Positions 1 to 13,470 of a DNA stretch of 64,000 nt are shown here, one piece after another. The stretch lies in assembly GCF_009914755.1 (NCBI RefSeq), contig NC_060937.1. One strand, 5' to 3'. Under the pieces are notes generated by a model. That model worked only from the letters and a program-made list of their open reading frames with translations. It made no database searches and was not told the origin of the DNA. The translations under genes and the position numbers were made by a program. The stretch's first letter is position 1. The number at the start of each line of letters is the position of its first letter. The DNA is from the human T2T-CHM13v2.0 reference genome, Homo sapiens.

Positions 1-3000
1 ACTAAATAACAAGTTTTTAAAATCCTGTTCTATGCTATCCAAACGAATTAAACATTTCCAGTGTTCTGGTTTATGTATATACAAATTTTAGGATAAAAGA
101 TACAGAGCGTAAGACTTTTCCACAGGCAATATGTTCTTTCGTTAACAACTCTGTCAGCTAGGTGGTCACTTTGCAGATATGCCCTATCTCCTTATAACCT
201 TGTCAGTTTTCTTTGTGATTAAATAATAACTGATGCGTTATAGGGTAACCCAGTAGCTTCAGAATCAAACATGACCAGGAAATATATAGGATAACCTCAC
301 ACAATTTTCAGAATTTACCAATATGAAAAATCGGAATAATTTAGCCATTTATAGCTAGAACTTTTGACAATGAATTTGTTAGAGCATTCCAGCTGCCAGA
401 AATGTCATGAACTTTTAATTAGAATAAGTATTTTCCCTACAGTTACCTGTTTGAAAGCATTATTTTCTTTTCACATACTCTTCTAAAGTTCTATTGGCTT
501 TATTAACAAGTTCATTTTGGTTAGAAAAAAATATATATATGAATAAATACATTTGTTAAAATATTATTCATTGTAAATAACCATTAAATTTGTTACGATA
601 ATACACCAAAATTTACTTGTTGATGGTTTCATACATTGAACCACATGATCAAAATAGTCACATGTTTAGCAACATTAAAGCATTGCTGAGTGTTTTAATC
701 CTGTGTGCACACTCTTCAAATTGCAGCTTTCTAAGAGTATTATATGATTTTATTTGAAATGTTTGTAATAATACATAAATTATGCTAAAGGTATTTCAAA
801 TAATCTTCTGAAAGTATTGCTTTATAAAAATAGGATGCATCATTCAAGTATCTAGATTTTGCAGTGTTTTTGCAATCTCTCAAACAAAAAATAGAATCAA
901 TTTTCATGTCTTTTTAAAAAATTGTCTTCTTTCTATAAAAATTATCTAATGTGTCAAGAAAAATACCCTCTTGTCTAGAATCCTTGTCATGATTCTCTGC
1001 ACTATATTGCCTGTATAGATGCTGCTTGACATTGTAAATAACTTTTACAATACTATCATAAGTAAACAAAACAAGATACATGAATTTATTCTTGCTGGAT
1101 GACCCACTTTTATTACATAAATGACATACACTCTAATTTTATAGTAAAAGTCAGAAAACATTTACATTATAAAAACTTGTATTACAGACAACCTTATAAA
1201 ATATCATTTAAGAAATATAAATTATAGCAACACCCTACTATACAGTTCACGTCCAGAAATAAGAAAAGACCTACATCATAAGCTATTCCTTAAGTTAGAG
1301 TAATACTGCATTAGCAAAAAAAAAGAAAATAAATAAACATAATTTAAAGGCAGGAAAATAGGAGGTGTACCAAGAGCAGCAGTCACATCTATACCTGTCA
1401 TCTGGTCATGGAGTCCACTGCAAAATGGAAGGCAATATTGAATAAATACTTAAAGAAAAATAAGTTTAAACATATTATAGACCAAAGAAAAAGTACTAAC
1501 TCTTCTAAAATTATATCCTTGGGCTATATTATGAAAACATATATAGTTATGAAAACACTCTCACATTCATGATAAAGTGACAAAATTTCATGTACTTCAT
1601 CTTATTTCATAATATCTCAAAATTTTGTTTTCCTACTGGATCTTGTGCTAAAAATAAACTCAGAATTTGAATCTATAAAACAAAATTGATTCCTATTAGA
1701 AGTGACAGTCCTTAGAGAATAAATGACAGTTTCATATCTTGCCTTTCAAGTTTTGTGCATGACAAAATGAAAGCCATGAATAATAAAATATTATCTCATA
1801 AGCTGCAGAAAAATTTTTATTTCAATGTCTTATAAATATATCTAATACAAATAAAATAATTTCAGGTATTTGCATTAAAGCAGTCTAAGACATTCCACAG
1901 GGAAACAATGATCACATTCAGTGCTAAATGAACCCTGAGCCTATTTAAGGTGCTGGTGAAAGGAAAGAGTTCAGTCATCACAGAACTTTCCAGGAACACA
2001 ATAAATAGTGAGCCGTGGCTAGGACTGTCAAACTGTACAAGCAAAAACAGAAAGTGCCTCATACCTAGAGAGCTTTGTTTGACCCTTCCCCACCTTTCAG
2101 ACTTTATTTATGTTCAAAGACATACAGAGAGAAAAATGGACAATTATGCTGGAAACTTGGCAGTATGAGATAGTTTGTTCACCAAAGCTCGTAGCACTTC
2201 ATTAGTGACTATTTGAGTAGATGTGATTGCCAACAGCCTTAGTTTCCACAAGTGGGACTAACTCTACCATTGTCAATATCAGCCTGCAGCCTGAAAGAGT
2301 ATACCACCCAGGAGTAGATAGTTCCTCCTCTTACATTTAAAGTCCCTTTTAGCTTCAGTTAAAAATAATTTTGGCAAAGAATTGAATCTTGAAATTTTAA
2401 GAGACTGTAGTATTTCCCAATCCATCCTACTGACATAACTACTATTCTGGCCAAATTATTTAAGAATATTATTTATATTTAAAAATGAAAGAAAAGTAGA
2501 TACAACAGAGCATTCCAAATCATTTTCCATGGCTGTCACTTCAAAATGAAAACACAAATTAATGACATGCTAAAACTTACATCAGATACATTTGAATGAT
2601 TCCTCCTCAAGCATTTGAGGAAACAAGAAAAAAATGCATATGAAATAAGTAGCAGGTTCATTAATTTTATTCTGAATACAGAAATAGTTGATTGCCTTAA
2701 CATGAATAATAATTGGCCAAGCTGACAGTATAAGTACAGAAGAATAATGACATAATCAAAATAAGTAGAGCTCACAAAATTAACCGAAATGAAAGTTCTT
2801 ATTAGCAACAAGTAAAATGGGTTTTGTGATGCTATAATTTTTGATTAACTTTTATTTATTTAACATGGGTTTACTGTTCCATATTTTGAAAGCTCAGAAT
2901 TTCTAAAAGTAAAATAAGTTAACCTTCCACCCTGTATGAACATCGCCTTCATCCTTAATGATTTAATTGCATCCGATTTGGGCTCAGCACTTTTCATTCC

Positions 3001-4355
3001 TTCATTCCTTCCTTCATTCATTCATCAAATATTTAGTCAGTGCTTATTTCGTCCAAGGTGCTATAATAGGTCTCGAATAACATCATTTTCACTCACCACT
3101 AATCTATTTTACTCAAGTCCAACCTTCTCTCTGTTCCCCTAAAACATCTTAATTCTTTCATGTTTAGGCTATATTTAAGAGTATACATTAGTTTGTTATT
3201 GTTTGTAAGACATTATTCAACAAATTTAGATGAGCATGCCCAAAATTCTACAATATAACTCTTTTTAATCTATAGTCACTTTCCCCAATACTCTGAAGCA
3301 CATTATTCTACATTTTATATGTTAGCTCTTCTGATCTCTTTCTTCTCATTGGAACAGATCATGCTATATTCTTAAGCCAAGCACATTCATGCTCTCTTTC
3401 TCTCTCTCTCTATCTTACTGTCCTTAATGCCTTTTTCCTCTGGGGCTTCTATTAAAATATGACCCGAATCTTCAGAGTCTAGTTGAAGGTCCTATTACTT
3501 TCATGAGGATTTACTTCATCACTCAGGTCACAGTCAACATTTAGTTTTATCAGTCATATCAGATTTTGAACAGTTACCATATATGTAGTCACTTAAAGGC
3601 TTAAAAATATGCTAAATTATAAACTTGCAGAAAATCAGAAAAAAAATCTGCTATTTATTGTTGGTACCACTAACAGAGCTATAGGCCCCATGATTTGCTC
3701 AAGAACTATTTAAGTGATTGATTATTTACTGTCATTCTTGAATCTATTAATTTATTTTAAATAATGTATTCATTACCAAAGTTTGAAAATATATAATTCA
3801 TAAGCAGAAATATGTTCAATATCACATCTCAAATTCAATGCATATGTTAATAATAATTATAAATGTTTATGTCTATTAGAAACCTCTTTGCTAAACAATC
3901 AACCAAATATCTATATTACTAAATGATTTATTCCAGACCCAGTTGATAGCATGTTTATTTTCAGTCACATTCGATAGCAAAAATCCATTACAGAAATAAT
4001 TTGGGCTCATGGACATCACTGCAAGGTGATTTGACCCTTAACTAGGAAACATTAACCTGAATATTCCACTAACAATTCAAACTCATATATTTAAATCTGA
4101 ACTTATTTTTCCCATTACTCTTCTTCCTGTAATTGACTTTGTCTTCTATTTTTATTGATGATTTAGGGTACTTAATTACCTGCACTTCACTTTTAAGCTT
4201 CAACTATTTAAGCTACTTCAAACTTTTTTTTGAGAATATGATATATGAATACATATTTCCAAAATTTGTTTTCCTTCCTGAGATCCCTGGCTCATTGATA
4301 ATTCCACTTAGCAAAGTTCTTTATCTCTTTGGTCAACCTCACATCCAAACAGTCA

Positions 4356-4462
4356 CCAAATACAGTTGATTACTATAATATTGTCTAGGACCCTTCCATT
4401 TCACTACTCCCAAATACTGTTGATTACTATGAAACTGTCTACGACCCTTCCATTTCACTACT
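4356..4462. repeat. Tandem duplication, 2 x 54 bp
   Basis: ccaaatacagttgattactataatattgtctaggacccttccatttcactact is repeated at 4410 with about 5 mismatches. Confidence 0.9.
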
Positions 4463-7057
4463 TGCTTTCCATTCCAAAAGCCACTTCCCTAGTTGAAATT
4501 CTCATTAACACTTTTCCAAATTTTTGAGAAAGATCCATCACTTAAATTCTTATCTTTGATACCAGCTATCATATACAGAATTCAAACTACTCCCACAGCG
4601 TCCTAAAACATACACATTGATCATTCACTGTCCTGCTGTCTTGTTTTAATTCCATGTACTACAACTGAAAGTATTTCCTAATGTAACTTAAAGCACCTTG
4701 TTTAGGCTCATTTGTCACTGTGCCTCCAGATCAACCTTCTACATTGTCAAGGCTGTTCTATACATTATCCTTCACGAGAACAATTTTCGCACTTTGTCTT
4801 TAATGTGGCTTTTTTCTTCTTTTGAACTATCTGACTGACTCCTAGTTTTACCCTGTGTTTCTAAATAGCATTTGAAGGTTATCTTTATTTTATCTATAAA
4901 CAAGTCTCCACTGGACTAGGCCTTATCTTCAACATGTTCTGTAATTTCTTCAATTCACAATTTATAACTGTATTGTTTATACTTAGTAGTCACCAACTGA
5001 AAAACATACATATATACTACTTTTATTTTTTATGCTTTTATAGGTAGCTGTCTTTTTTTAAGTACTAACTGTGTTTACTTAAATTTTATGCTTGAAATTC
5101 AAAGAGTATATTTTTATAAAATTCTTTTATAATTACATTTTGCAAGAAGATAATTAGAAAAGGATATATTCAAACACATGCAGATTTATCATGAGAAACT
5201 ACTACGCTTCCTTTAGTTCTTTTACAAAATTATTTCTGACTGGGCAACACAGACTATAGGAATTTGTAGGTCATCTTTGCAAACTCACTGAGGAGCCTGA
5301 TGCAGACTCAAAATCAAAAGAAAGTACGTTGCACATTCATGCTTTTTGAGGACAGTATGAGTTTTTTGAAAGAAACACTTACTTGATCTGTATCACTGGA
5401 TTAATTGGAGACATTTTTGACTTTAGAGTTGCATGAAGTAATAACTTTCAACATGTTAAATATGTATTGAGCTATTAACATAGCATTTGATACATATTTT
5501 TGATGCATCAATACAATTAATCTTAGAATAAAAGATATTAATAGACATTGGTATTTCCCTTGCTCCTTCCTTTTCTGGACTCCTCTCTCTTTCTAAATAT
5601 GTCTAGCATGCTCCTATGTCCCTGTTCTCTATTATAGACCTTTCCTGTCCCAGACAAGCTCCCAAGTTATCATTTACAGTAAGTTTCTAGATCATCCTTT
5701 CTTGCAGAACTCATCTATCTGCAACTCATGAAGACTAAGATGATCATTATCATTAAGAAAAAAATCTTGAAAACATTTACCTACTAGTAGTCAGATAGTT
5801 TTACTAATTAATAGTTTGTAGAAATAACTGCATTTCAATACTTGAAATTATTACTTGAAATTGATGAACTGTATTAGCCAAATGGGGTCTTAAATCATAA
5901 CCTGGATTCAAACCATCTTGTTATGAGTAAAATGCTTGTAAAATAGAAAAATTATTGTAACATGCATCTATGCATATTATCCTGCATTTATTTTAGTTTT
6001 TCTTATAAGAAATTGCTCTGAATTAAGAGACAAGAGTAAGCACGCACAGCCTTAGACTGACTAGCTAACGAGAAAAAGGTACTAATTTAATGGTCATCCT
6101 TAAGCATAGCTTCCTTGAGAGGGATACATCTGCAAGGCTCCTTCACACTCCATCCGGAATAGGTAATGGCCTCACGTCTGTAAAAAGCATCTGGAACTGT
6201 AAGAAATGTTGAGAATTCTTCCCTTACTTCTCCCACATTTTATTTCAGAAATGTTAACTCGGATGGTAGGATGGTCCCAGAAATACCTTGACACAAATCT
6301 TCAGGACAGCAATTGAAGAGACAACATTCAGTTGATTAATTGGAAAAATGGATTTTCTGATTTCAATAATGATGTGGACCTAGTGTTAAACTTTGGTTTT
6401 GTTTTAGCCCTATTTCAATTATCTTTAACGAAAACCTTTTAATTTGACTCACACTAATTAGAAGGTATCAGTCAGCATTTTGCTTCCTCATTTCACTAAG
6501 AGAAGATGGAGAAAAAATTTTAATCACTTTATATTTGCAGATTTCCAGCTTTCTTCAGATTTACTCTGATCAAAGCCCAACATACCTCTTTTGATCAACA
6601 TCAGTGAAATAAGTTCCTGTGAAAACATCAAGGTAGATGCATCATGCAAGTCAATAAGGGATTAAAATAATTCTCCCAAGTAAAGAAAATTCCACTGGGC
6701 ATATACTTTGTAGAGTTTCTAAAGTTTAGGTATGAAATGAGTTGTTCAAACATCTTTACTGAGAAAAAACTTCAGGAATAAATGAAAATATATTTATTAA
6801 TCTTGATACCAAAGGCATTAATAGAATTTAGAATGTGTCAAACCCTATGCCAGACACTTTGGAGTGTGCAAAGATAATTTATTGGTTCCTAACTTAAAGT
6901 AATTTATAATATAATTGAGCAGATGGTTATTATTTTCTAGTACTTACAGTTAAGCCGCAGTATATTAGGCTGTGCTGAGAAAATTCCTGCTATATCTTCT
7001 TCTGACAACCTAGTTTTCAGTTGGTTGACTTTTTCAAAACAAGAACTGTTAAACTAC

Positions 7058-7433
7058 TGATATGGTTTGACTGTGACCCTACCCAAATTTCATCTTGAAT
7101 TGTAGTTACCCTAATCCCCACATGTCATGGGAGGGACCCAGTGAGAAGTAATTAAATAATGGGGGCCTTCACCCTCATGCTGTTCTCCTGATAGTGAGTG
7201 AGTTCTCAAGAGATAAGATGGTTTTATAAGGGGCTTTTCCCCCTTTTGCTCAGCACTTCTCCTTCCTGCCACCATATGAAGAAGGATGTTGTTGCTTCTC
7301 CTTCCACCATGATTGTAAGTTTCCCGAGGCCTCCCCAGCCATGCTGAACTGTGAGTCGATTAAGCTTCTTTCCTTTACAAATTACCCAGTCTTGGGTATG
7401 TCTTTATTAGCAGCATGAGAATGAAGTAATACA
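7058..7433 (+). mobile_element. THE1-family (MaLR) solo LTR
   Basis: Begins tgatatggtttgactgtg, has the typical core (ccaccatgattgtaagtttcccgaggcctccccagccatg) and ends ...taataca. Perfect 5-bp TSD ACTAC at 7053-7057 and 7434-7438. Confidence 0.92.
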
Positions 7434-8047
7434 ACTACTTACACTTCTGTTCTTTACACATGGCCCTCCTGGACTTGCATATCAGTAGAAAGTCATTGCA
7501 AGCAGCTACTTTCATCAGTTTAATGTGTAGATACATACTGGAAGATAAGTGTTTAAAGTGGTATTCACGAGTGAATGTGATAATACAGTAAGTTTCTTAT
7601 CAAGAGAACTTGCTGTATTCTTACCATGCCAGATACAATGTAACTCTAGAAGAGCCCCACCTTGTTTTTCCTAGATATAACTGGATAAGGTATGTTGTTT
7701 TTGTTTTGTTTCATTTTTGCATCCATATTTCATTTGTAAAATGAAGACATTATATCTTCTTCAAAGTATGTGAGAGTAAATAGAATATGGAGACTTTGCT
7801 TAGCGTAAGGCTTAATAATAATCACTCAACCAATATTACTAATCCCCCTTTCCCTTTCACTTCAATGCTGTCTTCTCATAGATTTATAAAACCTATTCCA
7901 AATTAAATAAAGGGAAATTACTTCCTATCTCAAGAAAAGATAATCCATCCTGATCCTAGAGGCAAAATTTAACTTTGGAAATGATTTTGATTTTGTAATC
8001 CATAAAGTCTTTGACTTCTAACTTGTAATGCTATTAATTTATCAGGC

Positions 8048-8445
8048 AGTCTTAGTCCATTGTGTTGCTAGAATTGAATACCTGAGACTGGGAAATTATA
8101 AAGAAAAGAGGTTTATTTGGCTCATAGTTCTGCAGGCTGTACAAGAAGCATGGCACCAACATCTGCTTATGTTGAGGACTTCAGGCTGTTTCTACTCATT
8201 GAGGAAGATGAAGGGGGGCCAGTGTGTGCGGAGATCACGCAGCAAGAAATGAAGAAAGAGAGAGAGCATGGAGGTGCCAGGCTGTTTTTAACATCCAGCT
8301 CTCCCAGGAAAGCATAGAGTGAAAACTAACTTACTACCACAAGGAGAGCACCATGCTACTCATGAGGGATCCTCTACCATGACCCAAACACATCCCACAT
8401 TGGTTACCATGAAGTTTGGAGAGGCCAAATATCCAAACCACAGCA
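8048..8445 (-). mobile_element. MST-family (MaLR) solo LTR
   Basis: gtcttagtccattgtgttgcta...gaggtttatttggctcatagttctgcaggctgtacaagaagcatggc...atccaaaccacagca. Near-TSD caggc/caagc. Confidence 0.85.
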
Positions 8446-9200
8446 CAAGCACATAAGAAAGGCTAAGGACTTAAGGAGATTTATGATTTTCTTGGCAAAC
8501 TGCAGTAATTAGATAAACAGAAGTTTATATAACATTATTCCTATGCATAATGTTATTAGTTTCTCTGAAATTGTAAATGCTGCTTATTAATTAATGCCAT
8601 TTGCATTTATGAGTTTCTGTTACTAACAATTTTGCTCCAGTTTCTAGAACACAAAATTATAATTGGTTCTTACATAGTCTTTTGAATACATTAAAGTGAT
8701 CCATTTTTACCACAAAACACTGTTATATGTGAAGGCCATAACTGCCAGAGGTATAGAACGAGAATTCCAAGAAAATTCTTAATTGTAACACCCAGTTTTT
8801 CATCTCTCAAGTACCTATTTTTGAAATGGTGCCAACTGGAAATATTGGAAATATATTTTTACAAGAAAAAAATTGTTGGCTATGAATATTTAATGAAAAC
8901 ACTTATTTGTACTCATAAATATATGTATAGGAATATATGTATTACATATAGGAATTACATATATGTAATATTCTATCATATATATGAAAGCATTTATAAT
9001 TATAGCAGAGCGTATTAGAAAATAATATGCTAAAGTTGAAATCTATATTGAGAACTGAGGAATTGTTCATCAGTGGCACTAAGTACTAGTCAAGAACCAT
9101 AAAACAGACTGTCTACTAGTTAGAGTGTAGAAAGACTTTGTGTCAGAGAGTGATGCCAGAACGGCTGCTGGACTAAGTATTTTATCACTCGTACTAATTT

Positions 9201-9248
<48 letters not shown>

Positions 9249-9340
9249 CAGACAGATAGATACATAGAGAGATAGATCTATAGATAGAGATAGAGATAGA
9301 TAGAGATACAGATAGAGATAGAGACAGAGATAGAGATATG
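9201..9340. repeat. Compound microsatellite: (TAGA)12 followed by degenerate CAGA/TAGAGA units
   Basis: Twelve perfect TAGA units at 9201-9248, then variant tetramer and hexamer units. Confidence 0.95.
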
Positions 9341-9343
9341 ATA

Positions 9344-9714
9344 TGATATGGTTTGGTTGTGTCCCCACCCAAAATCTCATCTTGAATTCTAATCCCCATA
9401 ATTTCCACATATCAAGGGAGAGGAAAGAGACCACGTGGAAATAATGTAATCTTGGGGGCGGTTTTTCTGCTCATGATAGTGAGTTCTCAAGAGATCTGAT
9501 GATTTTATAAGGGGCTCTCCCTGCTACACTCAGCAATTTTCCTTCCTGCCGCCTCGTAAAGAAGGTCCCTGCTTCCCCTTCCCCTTCCGCCGTGATTGTA
9601 AGTTTCCTGAGGCCTCACCAGCCATGCCGAACCGTGAGTCAATTAAACCTCTTTCCTTTATAAATTACCCAGTCTTGGGCAGCTCTTTATAGCAGTGTGA
9701 AAACGGACTAATAA
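9344..9714 (+). mobile_element. THE1 (THE1D-like) MaLR solo LTR
   Basis: tgatatggtttggttgtgtccccacccaaaatctcatcttgaa...gtcaattaaacctctttcctttataaattacccagtc...gtgaaaacggactaata. Confidence 0.9.
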
Positions 9715-9903
9715 TATATATAGAAAATATTATATATACGGTATTATATATGTTATATAATATATTATATATTATATATGTTATATAATATACATGTTTT
9801 ATATATATTATATGTTATAACATATTAATATGCATGTTTTATATATTATATATGTTATAACATATATAATATACATGTTTTTTATATATTATATATATAA
9901 TTA
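9715..9903. repeat. AT-rich low-complexity / degenerate (TA)n minisatellite
   Basis: Recurring tatattatatatgttata(t)aa units. Confidence 0.85.
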
Positions 9904-9917
9904 TTGCTATTACTTTC

Positions 9918-10436
9918 TGTTGGCAGAGAGTTCTTCATGGGCCTGTCATGTCTCTGCCCAGTTTGTGAGCAGAGGCATTCACTGCATTTCTTCTGGACTA
10001 TCTTTTCAGGAATGTTTGAATACTGTGCAACTTTGGAAGCTAGAGATAGTATCTTCTTCTGAAGCAAAGGACAGATTTGTTTATTGTTCAGTTGAAAAAT
10101 AAATTTTAAAAAAATCTTCCTTCATTTCAAAGGGCAGGTATAGTCACTGCCCATTCTAAAATATTCAGGTTCTCTAAGCTCAAGTTTCCTTTTTTGTAAT
10201 GCATCCTGTTACACATACAGGTGTCACTTGGTCCTCTTCATGTCACAATGTGGTAATTGGCATTTGTGGAACTGAGGAAAATGCTGATTTTCTTGCTACT
10301 ACTATTGCCATGAATAACACAGTCTTTTGCTCTGATCCAGGAGTCTTCTATTTTCTGCCAGCATCCATTAAACCCTGGCAGGTTAATTGTTAGCTTGCAA
10401 GCAGGGTAAAATCGCAGATCCTTACAATTCTCAACA
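9918..10436 (+). mobile_element. Old ERVL-class solo LTR (subfamily uncertain)
   Basis: TG...CA termini. The 3' end ttgttagcttgcaagcagggtaaaatcgcagatccttacaattctcaaca resembles the MER54/MER73/MER74-group LTR ends as recalled. Confidence 0.6.
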
Positions 10437-11717
10437 CTACCCTCGGTCTCAGCCCTTCTCACGTGAGTGGATAACAGTATGTTCTGAATTCCAGACATTC
10501 CAAACATTTTGCTCATCTGTCTGTTAAAAACTTTTATCTGCAATCACCTTACTTTGTTATTACACTATACTGTAATCTTACATAATAAATACTTAGTGCA
10601 TATTTCCCTAAACTTCTGTATTTTTTGTCCTTAATCAGTAAATTAAACTACAATGATAATTAATTAATTCCAGGAAAATGCTAGTAGGCATCAAGTTATA
10701 TTTCTTCTCTTTATCAAATTTGCTACTTTCATTTCAAGATAAAATTTGGCCCATTTTATTCCTTACAATTTCATAGTAATCCTTTTCCCTCCCCAAGATC
10801 ATGTCTGCTGTCTAAGGCCAGTCACTTCTCTTAGCATTTGATATAATGACCTAACTTGTCTACCGTTCCAACCTTCCTCATATAAATACAATCCTGCTGT
10901 TTCCCTGAATAATACCTTTAATGGCTCCTCCAATGAACAATAGTAAATTCCGAACCTGATAGAACACTGTATAAAACTCTCCGTTTTTTGTCTCCTAATT
11001 CTTATAGTGTATTCTTTCATTGTGCTTGCATGACTTCTATGCTGTAGATTTTCCAAACACCTTGTAATAATTTGACTATGACATGTATTTTATGCTGCAC
11101 TGAATTTGCTCCCTTTACTTAAAAACTCTCCTTCCTGAGTCCCTGACAAACGTTTACTTCTCTTCCAAGACACAACATATGTCACCTCCTTTATGAAGTC
11201 TTCCCTGATGCCAGGGCATATTGACTACTCCTCCCTTTGTGCCTCCTATTATCTACCTACTTGCCTCAAATTTACCTTCAACATGTAGTCGCACATATTT
11301 ATTTCTGTCTCTGTCTCCCCCTAGTGGACATATTACTTATTATTATATGCCCCATGACTAGCAAAAGGTCTGCCACAGAGTTGACATTAATGTATGGTGA
11401 TGAATAAATAATACGTTTAAAACACGTTATTGATAAAATACTCACAAGAATATGTATTTCCCTAGAATGTATCCCTATACTTGATTTAAGTTTCCTATTC
11501 ATTTGTATATGCTCAGTCAGAAAGGAATATTGGGCACTTTCTATAAAAGATGTATCATAAGTTGAATGTTTGTTCTCTGAAGTATTTCAGGGTTAAATTT
11601 AAGGTAAATCATTTAACTAACTATGCAGTAGAAAAATAGTTAATATAATTTTAATATTTGGAAAAGACTTATTGATATCCTTGGCTAGGAAAGAACATTA
11701 GAATGAAATGTATTTTT

Positions 11718-11764
11718 CACACGTACCCTAGAACTTAAAGTATAATATAAAAATATATATATAT
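11718..11764 (+). mobile_element. Ultra-truncated L1PA 3' end with TSDs
   Basis: cacacgtaccctagaacttaaagtataat plus an A/TA tail, flanked by aatgaaatgtatttt (11702-11716) and aatgaaattcatttt (11765-11779). Confidence 0.8.
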
Positions 11765-13169
11765 AATGAAATTCATTTTAGCATGAAAAATATACTCATC
11801 TGGGTAATTCCTGGTGCCACAGATATATATTTTATACAATGCTCCGAATGAATTACAAGGAAAATAAAGGAAACATGCTATGTATTCTGAATTTAAACAA
11901 TAACTGGTTTTCAACTGACTACACCAGTTGTTAGATACATCAGCAGAAGCAGATGTAAATAAGGGCAGAGGCCACGCCCTAAGGTCAGTTCTGACAAGTT
12001 CGATTTAGACATCAGTGGGCACCAGCATCTACCACAGGGGACACCCAGAGACATTTCAGCCATGTCGTCCAGGACCCAGAGAAGAGTATGTGGAAGAAAA
12101 ACATCTCCATCCACTACTGTTAAGACATACAAGCCTCTTCCTTCAACTGACACCCTCTTGGGGAGGAGAAAGACTGGGGGTTGGGTGAGACTCCTTGAGA
12201 GAGGAGAGATAGACCTAATAAGGACTTTGAACTTCCAGTTTAATGAAAGACATAACTGTTAACCACATGGAGTTCTTTCTAATTCTTCTAAATATTATGT
12301 ATAAATCGTTCTGCCATTAGTACAAATGCAAGCTTGAAAACAAGATGACATTCATTATAAAAATTAAATTACTTTTCTCCTTGTAAAAATATGAGTTAAA
12401 GTGATTAATTCTAACATCTAGAAGAGCATATTTAATTAGTTGTTGAAATGAACATTTATCATGTTCCTGCCCATGATTTGAGAGGCATAGTCTTAAAAAC
12501 ATAAACATAGATACAAGTTTTTTTCTGAACTATCACAATTCACTAAGAAAAAGACATGTAGCTATAAGAAAATAATGAAAATTTTTCTATTAGTGGAAAT
12601 GACTATTGATAAAGATATTCAATGTACTGAAGATAGGTGATATGTGATAAACACTTTCAGCAGGAGGTCTTGCATAAACTTAAGCAATAATGATAAGTAC
12701 AGGTTTGCCAAGCATGGAAAAGAGTAAGGCTATTTCAGAAAGAAAGAATACGTCCAGAGGAATGAAAGAAGGAAATCAAGTAGAATACAAAGTAATAATA
12801 CTTAATCAAAATAAGACATTCTATTCTTAAAACATTTCTCTTGTTCTTTCTCTGTCTATATCTATCTTGATTCACCTATTCATATACGTGTCCATCCAAA
12901 CTTCCATCTCATACATTGTTACATAACCCTAAAGGCCCTCTTACTCTTTTCCTTTTCATTCAACACATCAAAGCACTGTATAAAACTTGCAATTTTACCT
13001 TCAAAATATATCCAGAATATATTTAGACTGTAACTGTAGAACAAACTAAGATCACCACTGCCTCAACTATTGTAATACCTTCTGACTGGTGTATCTGCTC
13101 CCATTCTTCTTTTTAGGGCTGCTTATATTTCATTTCTTCCTCCTCATCCATTTTGCACTTTTTTTTTTT

Positions 13170-13470
13170 TTTTCCTGTTCAGTGCCTTTGGAGACTAAAC
13201 TTTCTGGAACTACATCACTTGACTTCCTCGCTGATTTGTTTTTGGCTGGGTCTAGCTAATGGGAATTATAAGCAGAAGGTCAGGGGGTGAGAGGAGAGGG
13301 AAGAATATTTATTTCTCTACTCCCTGCAATATGTGGCTGTAGTGGTGTCTTTTCATGGGTTACGAGCTCCAGTAGGGCAGACGCTGTGACAGCTCTGGTC
13401 CTTCCCTCTAGGATATGCTAAAAAGGTTCCCGCATTTTCACCATAGTTCGAGTTCTCTGAGTCCTCAATA
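13170..13470. mobile_element. LTR33-like (ERVL) LTR fragment
   Basis: tttggctgggtctagctaatgggaattataagcagaaggtcagggggtgagaggagagggaagaatatttatttctc resembles the recalled LTR33 core. Boundaries are approximate. Confidence 0.55.

Noticed and set aside
1870-2350. Relatively GC-richer non-repeat segment with a TATA-like ctatttaag (similar unique patches at ~6040-6350 and ~20040-20230)
   Set aside because: Could be conserved non-coding or enhancer DNA, but nothing in the sequence alone supports it. No KLHL-like exon was found.
8954-8969. Perfect 16-bp palindrome attacatatatgtaat
   Set aside because: Expected by chance inside AT-rich low-complexity sequence.
9079-9434. ORFs with YLSI/LSLS repeats
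   Set aside because: Translations of the TAGA microsatellite and THE1 LTR.
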